From a virus (lineage: Duplodnaviria > Caudoviricetes): a stretch of DNA of 41,874 nt. Positions 28,699-35,928 of this stretch are shown in pieces. Under the pieces are notes generated by a model. That model saw only the letters and a program-made list of their open reading frames with translations, was not told the DNA's origin and made no database searches. Each line of letters opens with the position of its first letter. The stretch's first letter is position 1. The position numbers and the translations under genes were made by a program. Location of the stretch: positions 1-41,874 of IMG/VR virus record IMGVR_UViG_3300009678_000031. The stretch is one strand, 5' to 3'.

Positions 28699-28857
28699 TG
28701 AAGAAGGGTGTCGCGCCACTCAGTAACGATGAGTGGCTGCTCGCGCAGCTGCCGGCTCCGCCAGAGCGCTATCAGCTGACGACCAATCCAGACACTTATG
28801 CCTGGAAGGGATTTGGATCTGGATATGGGTATACCCACATCACTACCACGACAACCA

Positions 28858-28888
28858 AGAAGGGCCCCACGTAGGGGCCTTTCTTTTG
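28858..28888 (+). terminator. Intrinsic terminator
   Basis: GGCCCC-ACGTA-GGGGCC followed by TTTCTTTT. Confidence 0.7.
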
Positions 28889-28898
28889 AAAGGAAACC

Positions 28899-29102
28899 AT
28901 GTACGCGGTCTATGAGATACAGGTTGGGAGCAAGGTGAAGCGTGACTACAAAGTCGCGAGCTACTCGATCTACATCGTGGCGATGTCCGCGAAAAAAGCC
29001 CTAGAGGCTGCCCTCGAGCGCCTGGAGCGCTCGGACATGAAAGAGAGCGAGATGGTGACAGGCATCATTCTGTCGCAGCGCGTGGACGAGGTGGTGGTGT
29101 GA
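28899..29102 (+). CDS. Hypothetical protein (67 aa)
   Basis: RBS AAAGGA; coupled to the next gene (GTGA). Confidence 0.7.
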   Translation: MYAVYEIQVGSKVKRDYKVASYSIYIVAMSAKKALEAALERLERSDMKESEMVTGIILSQRVDEVVV

Positions 29103-29302
29103 ACACGGGTATCTACGTCGGAGTTTCCAAAGAAGCGGTGCGCGAAGCGCGCCTGGCGATCATGGACATCCTGAAGTGCGCAGCGGCCGCGGACGCCGTG
29201 AAGCTCGCGGCGCTCGATGCGCTCATCAAGATGACTGGCGTTTCCAACACCACGATCCATGACGTTCAAATTGGGTTTCCAGTCACAAGGAAAATGCGAT
29301 GA
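29099..29302 (+). CDS. Hypothetical protein (67 aa)
   Basis: GTG start overlapping the previous stop. Confidence 0.65.
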   Translation: MNTGIYVGVSKEAVREARLAIMDILKCAAAADAVKLAALDALIKMTGVSNTTIHDVQIGFPVTRKMR

Positions 29303-29327
29303 GACTCCGATCTCCATTGGTGGAGCC

Positions 29328-29699
29328 GTGAACCTCGAGATCCCGGACAAGTGGGGGAATGCCCACCTACTCCCCGAGCTCGACTTGTCGCCGTGGCGAC
29401 ACCCGATCGACCAGGATGTCTACGTGGCGACCTTGTGGTCGCGGTGTGAGCGCTGCCAGCAAGGCTTCCACTTCCCAATGATCCTTATTGGTCGCGAGCT
29501 ACGCGAGTACGGCCTCAAGTGCGGGGAGAGCGCGTACGCCAAGCTGGTCGAGATCCAGTTTTGGAGTCTGCGACGGAACTTTGAGACCTTCCTCTTCAAC
29601 TACCCATGCGACCGGGCGCTACAGCGCCGGCTCGCGAAGCACAAGATGAAGCAGATGCGGAAAATTCACGGCCGGAATTACGATCCGTACGATTTTTAA
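29328..29699 (+). CDS. Hypothetical protein with CxxC
   Basis: Likely GTG start after GGAG; last gene before the large non-coding region. Confidence 0.6.
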   Translation: MNLEIPDKWGNAHLLPELDLSPWRHPIDQDVYVATLWSRCERCQQGFHFPMILIGRELREYGLKCGESAYAKLVEIQFWSLRRNFETFLFNYPCDRALQRRLAKHKMKQMRKIHGRNYDPYDF

Positions 29700-30340
29700 A
29701 AAAATTTCTCACTTGACAGATCCCCCCTTCTCCCCTCACACTCCCCTCATCCCCCAGCGGGCCGACAGGCCCGCACCCACCTTCGGTGGATTCGACCGAA
29801 GAGTCGAATCCACCTCAGATAGAGTCGAACCCAGGATGGGTTCGACACGTGAATCCGCCGGAAGGCGGATTCACATTATGTGATTTTTTTTTTTTTTACT
29901 ACTCCTACCGGCTGAAAGCCGGATTTCCTCAAAAACTCCCGTAGGCCATGCGAACCAGGAGCGAATAGCGACTGTGAGCATGAAACTCAGTAATAAGTTC
30001 TCATATTACGGACAACTTGATTGCTAATTTCCACGGTAGGCCACCTGCTACGCAGGCCCCCAATCCCTACCCTCTTGTCAACTAATCAGGGATGCAAATG
30101 ATGGGTACTTCATGCGCTCGCTTCGCGAGCTTATTGCGTGTATATCATAGCCTTAGATCCCCTGACCGGAGGGAAGGGAGACGGAAGGTTATTACCTACA
30201 CCAATCTCCTCTACCCAATCCCCTCCTCCCTCCCGGATACATCATAGCGGAGCACATCCGCTATGTCGGATAGAGCCCTTCCCATCCATAATCCCCCGGA
30301 TTAAAGGACCAATGTGGCCGCACCTGGAGTGCGGCCTTTC
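29700..30340. other. Non-coding hairpin cluster A (putative origin/ssDNA signal or genome-end region)
   Basis: At least ten short palindromes (e.g. 29785-29814, 29824-29846, 29849-29874, 29908-29922, 30116-30130, 30243-30265), a T14 run at 29884-29897 and four C-runs at 29722-29755; no credible ORF. Confidence 0.65.
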
Positions 30341-30543
30341 AGAATAGTAGTAGGAGGATCCGTGTAAACGCTCGAGCTCGACCCCGATGAGAGCACGAGC
30401 CATCACCTGTTGGTGCCACGGGGTTTGCGCGTAAGGGTGGGTGGGGAAAAACACCCAGCCAAACTGGGTGCTTTAACCCTACTACCTATCCCACAGCCAG
30501 CACAGGAAGGCACCGAAGAACCAAAGAAACACCTCGACGCCAA

Positions 30544-30756
30544 TCACTCGCCCACCACCGCCGCGAGTAGCGGCTCGATATGGTGCAGAACCGGCAGCGT
30601 CCCCACCCCATGCAGGAAATACGCAACCGCATCGATGACCAACGGGCTCGCGCCCTGCAACTCATGCGCCACGCTGGCAAGACCCGACCCCGCCAACATG
30701 AGGCACACGCCGAAGGCCACCACCACCAGCCGCCGCCACTGGACCCGGTGACTCAT
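30544..30756 (-). CDS. Small membrane protein (70 aa)
   Basis: Two hydrophobic segments; start coupled to the upstream stop. Confidence 0.6.
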   Translation of the reverse strand: MSHRVQWRRLVVVAFGVCLMLAGSGLASVAHELQGASPLVIDAVAYFLHGVGTLPVLHHIEPLLAAVVGE

Positions 30757-31031
30757 CGCACACCCACATGCTCATCGACCGAACCGCCCGCCCGGCAGTG
30801 GACCTGCTCCAACACCCCCGCCAGAATCCGCAGCCGCCGCGACCGCATGTAGTCGCCCGCTTCCTCCAACGTCTCGGCCGCGAGAATCAGGTCTAGCGAG
30901 AGCATGGGCAGCCGCGCCACCTCCAACCCGGTGACCTCGGCAACCGCGCCCGCGAGCTTGCGCCGGTCAATCATCCGCTCTCGCGCTTCCGCTTCCGCGT
31001 TCAGCGCCGCCATCGTATCCAGACCATGCAT
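30753..31031 (-). CDS. Hypothetical protein (92 aa)
   Basis: RBS GGAGGGG before ATG 31031; helical composition. Confidence 0.65.
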   Translation of the reverse strand: MHGLDTMAALNAEAEARERMIDRRKLAGAVAEVTGLEVARLPMLSLDLILAAETLEEAGDYMRSRRLRILAGVLEQVHCRAGGSVDEHVGVR

Positions 31032-31047
31032 GACACCCCTCCCGCGT

Positions 31048-31083
31048 GAAAGAAGGCCACCGGAGGGAAGGCCCCCCGGTGGC
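31048..31083 (-). terminator. Intrinsic terminator
   Basis: Minus strand GCCACCGGGGGG-CCTT-CCCTCCGGTGGC followed by CTTCTTTC. Confidence 0.65.
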
Positions 31084-31095
31084 AACGACCGACCC

Positions 31096-31671
31096 CTAGT
31101 TTTCAGTCTCGTCCTCGAACCCATCAAAGCCATCCTCCGCGAGCGCGTAGAGCATGCGCTCCACCTCATCGGCCGTGACCGGAGCCACGACGTCATCGGG
31201 CATCCCGCCAATCGGCAGAAGCCCCGCCTGCGCACACGCCAGCCCAATCAAGACGAGCGTACCCACCGCATTGACCGCATGCGGACCCGCGCCGAACTGG
31301 GGGTCAATCGGAAGCTCCAGAAACTGGATCGCCGTTTCCGGCTTCATGTCCGCGAAATACTGGTGGATCTGGTCGAGGTAGAACGAGACGCGCCCACCCT
31401 TGACCGCGACGAGCTTGTCCGCGTCACGCCCATCCCAAAGCACCGACGCGAGGTAGGCACCGCCCGCAATGGCATCGCCAACGGAGTGCACATCCACGTT
31501 CACGAACGGCCCCGTCATAATCGCGTCGCGCAACTGTGCCTTGTAGGCACTGGACAACGGCTTCGCATCCGCGAGGATCGCGGAAATCTCCGCCAACATC
31601 TCGCTGGACGCGAGCGCCATAGTCTTGGGGTTCACCATATCGGACGTTCGCTGGACTGTCTGCTTTTTCAT
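31096..31671 (-). CDS. Hypothetical protein (191 aa) with an acidic tail
   Basis: AAAGGTGG before ATG 31671; followed by a terminator. Confidence 0.75.
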   Translation of the reverse strand: MKKQTVQRTSDMVNPKTMALASSEMLAEISAILADAKPLSSAYKAQLRDAIMTGPFVNVDVHSVGDAIAGGAYLASVLWDGRDADKLVAVKGGRVSFYLDQIHQYFADMKPETAIQFLELPIDPQFGAGPHAVNAVGTLVLIGLACAQAGLLPIGGMPDDVVAPVTADEVERMLYALAEDGFDGFEDETEN

Positions 31672-31804
31672 GGGTTCCACCTTTTCCAAGAGGTAAAAAT
31701 CCTATGTCCGGGAACACCCCGCACACGAGAACAACATACACCAGCACACACCTTTAATCCATACCCAATACCATACTATTTCTGGGTTTTATCCCCCAAA
31801 TTTT

Positions 31805-32190
31805 CGCCGCTCCTCGCTACGCTCGTCGCTACACTATGAGTGTTGCGTAACCGCAAGCGGTTACGCTTTGAAAGCCCTCCAACCGCAAGCGGTTGGAGTT
31901 GATAGAAACACTCGCCTTCGGCGCGCTCGCTCCGCTCGCGTGGGGTTGCGGCTTCGCCGCGTTGCCGAGCGGCCTCTGGCTCGCGGACTCGCCGGCGGCC
32001 GGCCGGCATCCTGGGCCTCGCGCAGCGCTCGGCTAAGACAGCTCGAGAGCCAGGCGCACTGGTGCTCGCTGACGCTCGCTTGTGATAGCACGCTCGGCCA
32101 CGGCCGTCGCGTGACGAAGATGGGACACGACCTCAACTGATCCATGCAATTCATGGAGTTCGCTTCCGCTCACGCTTCGGATTTCGACGC
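31805..32190 (-). other. Non-coding hairpin cluster B (putative single-strand initiation / primosome assembly signals)
   Basis: Four GAGCG-N1-2-AGCGA motifs on the minus strand (31814-31824, 31927-31937, 32066-32077, 32160-32171), two 10-bp-arm palindromes with core AACCGCAAGCGGTT, and C-GAA-G mini-hairpins. Confidence 0.62.
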
Positions 32191-32244
32191 CACCCCACCA
32201 ACTTCCATGAACCTCCACACCGGCGTCTCAGAGCCGCGCCCGCC

Positions 32245-32303
32245 CGGACAGGCGGACAGGCACCACCGCCCGCCCCGGCGGACAGGCTGCGCGGCGGACA
32301 GGC
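32245..32303 (+). repeat. Four CGGACAGGC direct repeats upstream of the early promoter
   Basis: Copies start at 32245, 32253, 32279 and 32295. Confidence 0.85.
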
Positions 32304-32324
32304 GGAAAACAGTGGATTTTTAAT

Positions 32325-32353
32325 TTGACTTTTCATGTTGGATAGTGTATATT
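32325..32353 (+). promoter_or_regulatory. Early sigma70-type promoter P1
   Basis: TTGACT, 17 nt, TATATT, with A/T tracts upstream. Confidence 0.8.
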
Positions 32354-32359
32354 GCGGAC

Positions 32360-32581
32360 ATGGGAATACTGAACGAGAAGAAAGCGTATGAATTAAACTA
32401 CACTGGCAGGGGTGTGGGTGGGTGCTGCCTGCCATTCGACACCATCGACGAGGCCGTCGCTTACGCGACCGGCCGACATGCAACGACGTATGAAATCATC
32501 GACAGCACCACAATGAAGATCATTAAATCAGGGAGGCGGAAGGACAGGCGTTATGTGTGGGAGGAGATACCGCATGAATAA
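32360..32581 (+). CDS. Early hypothetical protein, probably leaderless
   Basis: ATG lies 7 nt after the -10 box; no RBS. Confidence 0.65.
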   Translation: MGILNEKKAYELNYTGRGVGGCCLPFDTIDEAVAYATGRHATTYEIIDSTTMKIIKSGRRKDRRYVWEEIPHE

Positions 32582-32738
32582 GTACACAGTTGAAGATACA
32601 CCGTACCACGGAGAAGGCATGAGCCTATGGTATGTAGTGGATGATGATGGTGACCCAGTTGACAGCGGGCGCACCCGCGAGGAAGCGGAGCGCAAGTGCG
32701 ACGACATGAACGCAAGATCAATGGAGGTGCCTGATTAA
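32574..32738 (+). CDS. Early hypothetical protein (54 aa)
   Basis: RBS GGAGGAG; acidic small protein. Confidence 0.7.
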   Translation: MNKYTVEDTPYHGEGMSLWYVVDDDGDPVDSGRTREEAERKCDDMNARSMEVPD

Positions 32739-32748
32739 AACCGAGTAT

Positions 32749-32964
32749 GTGAGCTTCGAATCAAAACCAGTACGGTCGGATGGCACCGACAGCATGGGCA
32801 TTGAACATATGGAAGTATGCGAGGCCGACGAGGCTGAAATGTGGACCGTCTACGGTAGGCACGCGAACGGCGAGGCCGTCGCCATATGCGACTGCGTGTC
32901 GCAGATGGACGCCGAGAGTGTCGAGGCGCTCCTGAATTGGATGTTGAGGCCCGATGAATCATAA
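32749..32964 (+). CDS. Early hypothetical protein (WTVYGRH...AICD)
   Basis: Fits the operon; start uncertain. Confidence 0.6.
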   Translation: MSFESKPVRSDGTDSMGIEHMEVCEADEAEMWTVYGRHANGEAVAICDCVSQMDAESVEALLNWMLRPDES

Positions 32965-33235
32965 AGAGTACAACGGCTGGTACAACTACGAAACATGGCT
33001 CGTGAAGCTGTGGCTCGACAACGACGAGAGCAGCTACCACGAAGTCAAGGTGATGGCGCGGCACACCATGAACGCCGCTCACCTCGCGAACCAACTCCGC
33101 GCACTAGTGGATGGGATGGCCTATCAGGGTGTCCGCGAAGGCGGCAGCCTTCAGAGCGACCTGATCGGAGCGGCGATGGCTGAGGTCAACTTCGACGAGA
33201 TCGCAAACTCCTATATGGAAGAGGTTGTCCGATGA
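32954..33235 (+). CDS. Early phage protein (YNGWYNYETW motif, 93 aa)
   Basis: Recognisable recurring small-phage-protein motif; coupled genes. Confidence 0.8.
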   Translation: MNHKEYNGWYNYETWLVKLWLDNDESSYHEVKVMARHTMNAAHLANQLRALVDGMAYQGVREGGSLQSDLIGAAMAEVNFDEIANSYMEEVVR

Positions 33236-33453
33236 CCGAACAAACAAACCAGGATCGCGCGATGCGCGCCGAGCGCTACATGATGGAGTACGCCGATGAG
33301 GTCGGCGACGACGATATGGAAACCGCGCTCACGGATATGCTCGCCGACATCATGCACTTTGCCGAGCAGTACGTGACCGACTTCGACCATATCCTCGACG
33401 TGGCGCGCCGCCACTACGAGGCCGAAAAGGAGAATGAGCACGCAGATGGATAA
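33232..33453 (+). CDS. Early acidic helical protein (73 aa)
   Basis: ALTDMLADIMHF motif; ATGA coupling. Confidence 0.78.
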   Translation: MTEQTNQDRAMRAERYMMEYADEVGDDDMETALTDMLADIMHFAEQYVTDFDHILDVARRHYEAEKENEHADG

Positions 33454-33700
33454 ATTCTACTTTACGCCCGTGCGCATGGTGCTGGGTAAGCACACGCCGT
33501 GTGCGCCCGGCGAATGCGAAGCGTGGGGTGTGTTTTCGTACAATGAGGACGAGGACGGCACGTGGCTATTCAACACCGAGACATATGAGGACGGTGAAAC
33601 CGCCGTCAATCTCCTGATGATGCTTTCCGGCTTTCAGGCTCCCCACGCGATATGGAGCGCAACCAAACAGAAATACGAGGTGCCAAATGCAGACCAGTAA
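33434..33700 (+). CDS. Early hypothetical protein (88 aa)
   Basis: RBS AAGGAG. Confidence 0.7.
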   Translation: MSTQMDKFYFTPVRMVLGKHTPCAPGECEAWGVFSYNEDEDGTWLFNTETYEDGETAVNLLMMLSGFQAPHAIWSATKQKYEVPNADQ

Positions 33701-33872
33701 CTTCGACTTGACAGGTGCGATTATCGACTACGAGAATGGGGAGCTTTCCGACGAAAAAGTCATTGAGCTTTTCCAGCACCTCGTGGATACCGGCATGGCG
33801 TGGACCCTACAGGGCAGCTACGGTCGGATGGCGAAGGCGCTTATCGACGAGGGGATGGTGATCGCCCGATGA
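33687..33872 (+). CDS. Early phage protein ([19 protein letters not shown] motif, 61 aa)
   Basis: RBS GAGGT; recurring small-phage-protein motif. Confidence 0.8.
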   Translation: MQTSNFDLTGAIIDYENGELSDEKVIELFQHLVDTGMAWTLQGSYGRMAKALIDEGMVIAR

Positions 33873-34171
33873 AACGCTACTACACGCTCTATGTACGCAC
33901 CGAGACCATCGACGAGTATGAGGTACAGGCCGACACCCTCGACGAGGCGCTGCGTAAACACGCGGACGGCGCGTCCACGCTCCAACGTGAGCATGTGGAA
34001 TCCATCGCCGAACCGCACTTGGCGGAATGGGCCGATTGGCAGGTCGGCGCAATGGGCGGGATGAGCCACGGCAAGGATGACCCCGAAGGCACGGTGGACG
34101 CCGAGCAATTGATCCGGGCGCTCGCCCGGCTCGCAGAGGAGGAGAAATCCGATGAGTCAACCCAATCCTAA
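33869..34171 (+). CDS. Early hypothetical protein (100 aa)
   Basis: ATGA coupling; [11 protein letters not shown] motif. Confidence 0.7.
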   Translation: MKRYYTLYVRTETIDEYEVQADTLDEALRKHADGASTLQREHVESIAEPHLAEWADWQVGAMGGMSHGKDDPEGTVDAEQLIRALARLAEEEKSDESTQS

Positions 34172-34385
34172 GGATAACATCATCCAAGCGCTCTACGAGG
34201 CGCTACAGGAGGCGCACGGCCTATTGTGGAGTGATCTGGCCTTCTATCCCGACGGATACACCCAGCGGAAGACCGACAAGAAGATCGAGGCCGCCCTCGA
34301 CGCCGCGAAGCGCGTCTTGGGCGTCACGGACATGCCGAGCCCGATGGACGTCCCACCCGGCCACCCAGGATCGGAGACGCCATGA
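34152..34385 (+). CDS. Early hypothetical protein (77 aa)
   Basis: RBS GGAGGAG; LYEALQE...IEAALDAA helical motif. Confidence 0.7.
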   Translation: MSQPNPKDNIIQALYEALQEAHGLLWSDLAFYPDGYTQRKTDKKIEAALDAAKRVLGVTDMPSPMDVPPGHPGSETP

Positions 34386-34573
34386 CGGACAGGCAGGACA
34401 AGGTGATCCTCTCGTGTGGCAACAAGGAGGTCGCATTCGAGGATGCGTACTACCGCGTGTTCTGCGCGGACTGTGGCGCACGACAGGGCAAGGGTTATGT
34501 CTCATATATCGAGGCGGCAATGGAAGCAACGCGGACAGGCGGACAGGCGTGTTTCATGTGTAAAAACAAGTAG
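34382..34573 (+). CDS. Small zinc-finger-like protein (two CxxC)
   Basis: ATGA coupling; CADC and CFMC. Confidence 0.68.
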   Translation: MTDRQDKVILSCGNKEVAFEDAYYRVFCADCGARQGKGYVSYIEAAMEATRTGGQACFMCKNK

Positions 34574-34580
34574 ATTGTAT

Positions 34581-34609
34581 TTGACTTTTGTGTGTGTTTT
34601 TAGTACATT
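34581..34609 (+). promoter_or_regulatory. Early sigma70-type promoter P2
   Basis: TTGACT, 17 nt, TACATT; tandem CGGACAGGC at 34532-34548 upstream. Confidence 0.75.
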
Positions 34610-34615
34610 GATTGT

Positions 34616-34704
34616 GTCTGGCATATCCGGGTGGCCCTTCGAGTGGAGATGCGCATACACCACCCCCGTATTTTGGGATGCAACGCACAAACGGAATGCT
34701 GGAC
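34616..34704 (+). ncRNA. Putative structured small RNA or structured 5' leader
   Basis: 5' GUCUGGCAU-A-UCCG pairs with 3' CGGA-AUGCUGGAC (two G-U pairs); internal hairpins; the 5' end coincides with the predicted +1 of P2. Confidence 0.55.
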
Positions 34705-34733
34705 TTTAATTCTTCAAGGAAAGGAAGAAAACA

Positions 34734-35102
34734 ATGGGTGATCGTGCAAATATCGTCGTAAAGCAGGAGCCGGATAATCCGGCGGAGATCTTTTTGTATT
34801 CGCACTGGGGTGGCGAGGGGCTTGTGACCGTGTTGCATCGCGTGCTCTCGCGCCGTGATCGCTGGAATGATCCGGCGTATCTCACGCGGATGATCTTCTC
34901 GGCGATGGTCAAAGATGACATTGATGGTTCGACGGGATTTGGGATCGGCATTGATCGGCCGGACAACTCCTATCCATACATCGTGGTAGACGTTCCAAAT
35001 CAGGAAGTCCGTCGTGAGGCCGAGAATGGTCGCGCCGTGATCGTGCGGGCGAGCTTCGATGAATTCGTAAAATTTCCAGACGCACTAAAGAGGGTGAGCT
35101 AA
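34734..35102 (+). CDS. Conserved-type phage protein (MGDRANI...YSHWGG, 122 aa)
   Basis: RBS AAAGGA; motif typical of early phage proteins. Confidence 0.8.
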   Translation: MGDRANIVVKQEPDNPAEIFLYSHWGGEGLVTVLHRVLSRRDRWNDPAYLTRMIFSAMVKDDIDGSTGFGIGIDRPDNSYPYIVVDVPNQEVRREAENGRAVIVRASFDEFVKFPDALKRVS

Positions 35103-35104
35103 GG

Positions 35105-35599
35105 ATGTGCCTGACTAGAGAAATCAAGATCAAGAAACGCCCGAGCATCCATCAGGTGTTCGAAATGTGGGCGGTGGTGGTGCTGGATACCAATGCAGAA
35201 GATAAGCTCGCCGACCCGGTTTACAAATCCATGTACGGCTGGACCCAGTGCCGGTTCGAGGTGGGTGTCGAGCACAAAGCCTACGAGGGCCTTCCGTATG
35301 TCACCAACAAAAACGGCAAGATCAGCAAGGCGCTGCGCGGGGGTGGATTCCACGTGTTCGCGACCGAGGAAGGCGCGCGAGAGTTTCTTTCATCGAAATT
35401 CAACACAAGGTACGACGATGGCGTTGACGACTACTTCAGAGAAAACGGGCGCATTGCGCGCGTTCATGTGCGCGGCTTGATCGCCCAGGGTCGCATGAGT
35501 ACGCAAAAATACGTGAATGGGTATGCAAAAGGCGAAAAGACCGAGCGCACGGCCTACCGCTTCCGCTACCGCACCATCGTGGAAGTGCTGCCGTCGTGA
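35105..35599 (+). CDS. Hypothetical protein (GFHVF motif, 164 aa)
   Basis: Contiguous with the operon. Confidence 0.72.
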   Translation: MCLTREIKIKKRPSIHQVFEMWAVVVLDTNAEDKLADPVYKSMYGWTQCRFEVGVEHKAYEGLPYVTNKNGKISKALRGGGFHVFATEEGAREFLSSKFNTRYDDGVDDYFRENGRIARVHVRGLIAQGRMSTQKYVNGYAKGEKTERTAYRFRYRTIVEVLPS

Positions 35600-35928
35600 G
35601 CAGCGTGAGCCACAGCTACACGCTCTCGCGCCTGCGCTTCTCGCATACGACCACGTGTTGCGGAGACACGTATTCGTGGCCCGGACACCCGACCGGCACG
35701 TACTACTGTCGGAAATGCGGACAGCCCATGACGACCGTGGAAACCGAGGTCCGCACCAAAGCCGAGGCGGACTTGGCGATTCGAGGCTATCAATTTGTCG
35801 AGCCGTGTGCCGATTGCGGCACCCGGCACAACCACACCCTGATTGAACATGACGGCGGACTGTTTCTGGTCTGCGCGGGCTGTGGTGAGGAGTTGCGTGA
35901 AGTGGAATGGAAAGAGGTTAAGGCATGA
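35596..35928 (+). CDS. Multi-CxxC zinc-ribbon protein (110 aa)
   Basis: CC, CRKC, CADC and CAGC motifs; coupled stops and starts. Confidence 0.72.
   Translation: MSSVSHSYTLSRLRFSHTTTCCGDTYSWPGHPTGTYYCRKCGQPMTTVETEVRTKAEADLAIRGYQFVEPCADCGTRHNHTLIEHDGGLFLVCAGCGEELREVEWKEVKA

Noticed and set aside
29713-29742. Sigma70 promoter at TTGACA 29713
   Set aside because: No acceptable -10 hexamer at 16-18 nt spacing (best is CACACT).
29757-29922. Palindrome series as a CRISPR array or tRNA cluster
   Set aside because: The palindromes differ in sequence, lack regular spacers and do not form cloverleaves despite TTCGA motifs.
32245-32303. Repeats as a CRISPR mini-array
   Set aside because: Repeats are only 9 nt with irregular short spacing, and no cas genes are present.
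34616-34704. HDV-like ribozyme, c-di-GMP riboswitch or Y RNA assignment
   Set aside because: I could not fit the P3/L3 nested pseudoknot, the riboswitch consensus or the Ro-binding helix; kept as an unassigned RNA.
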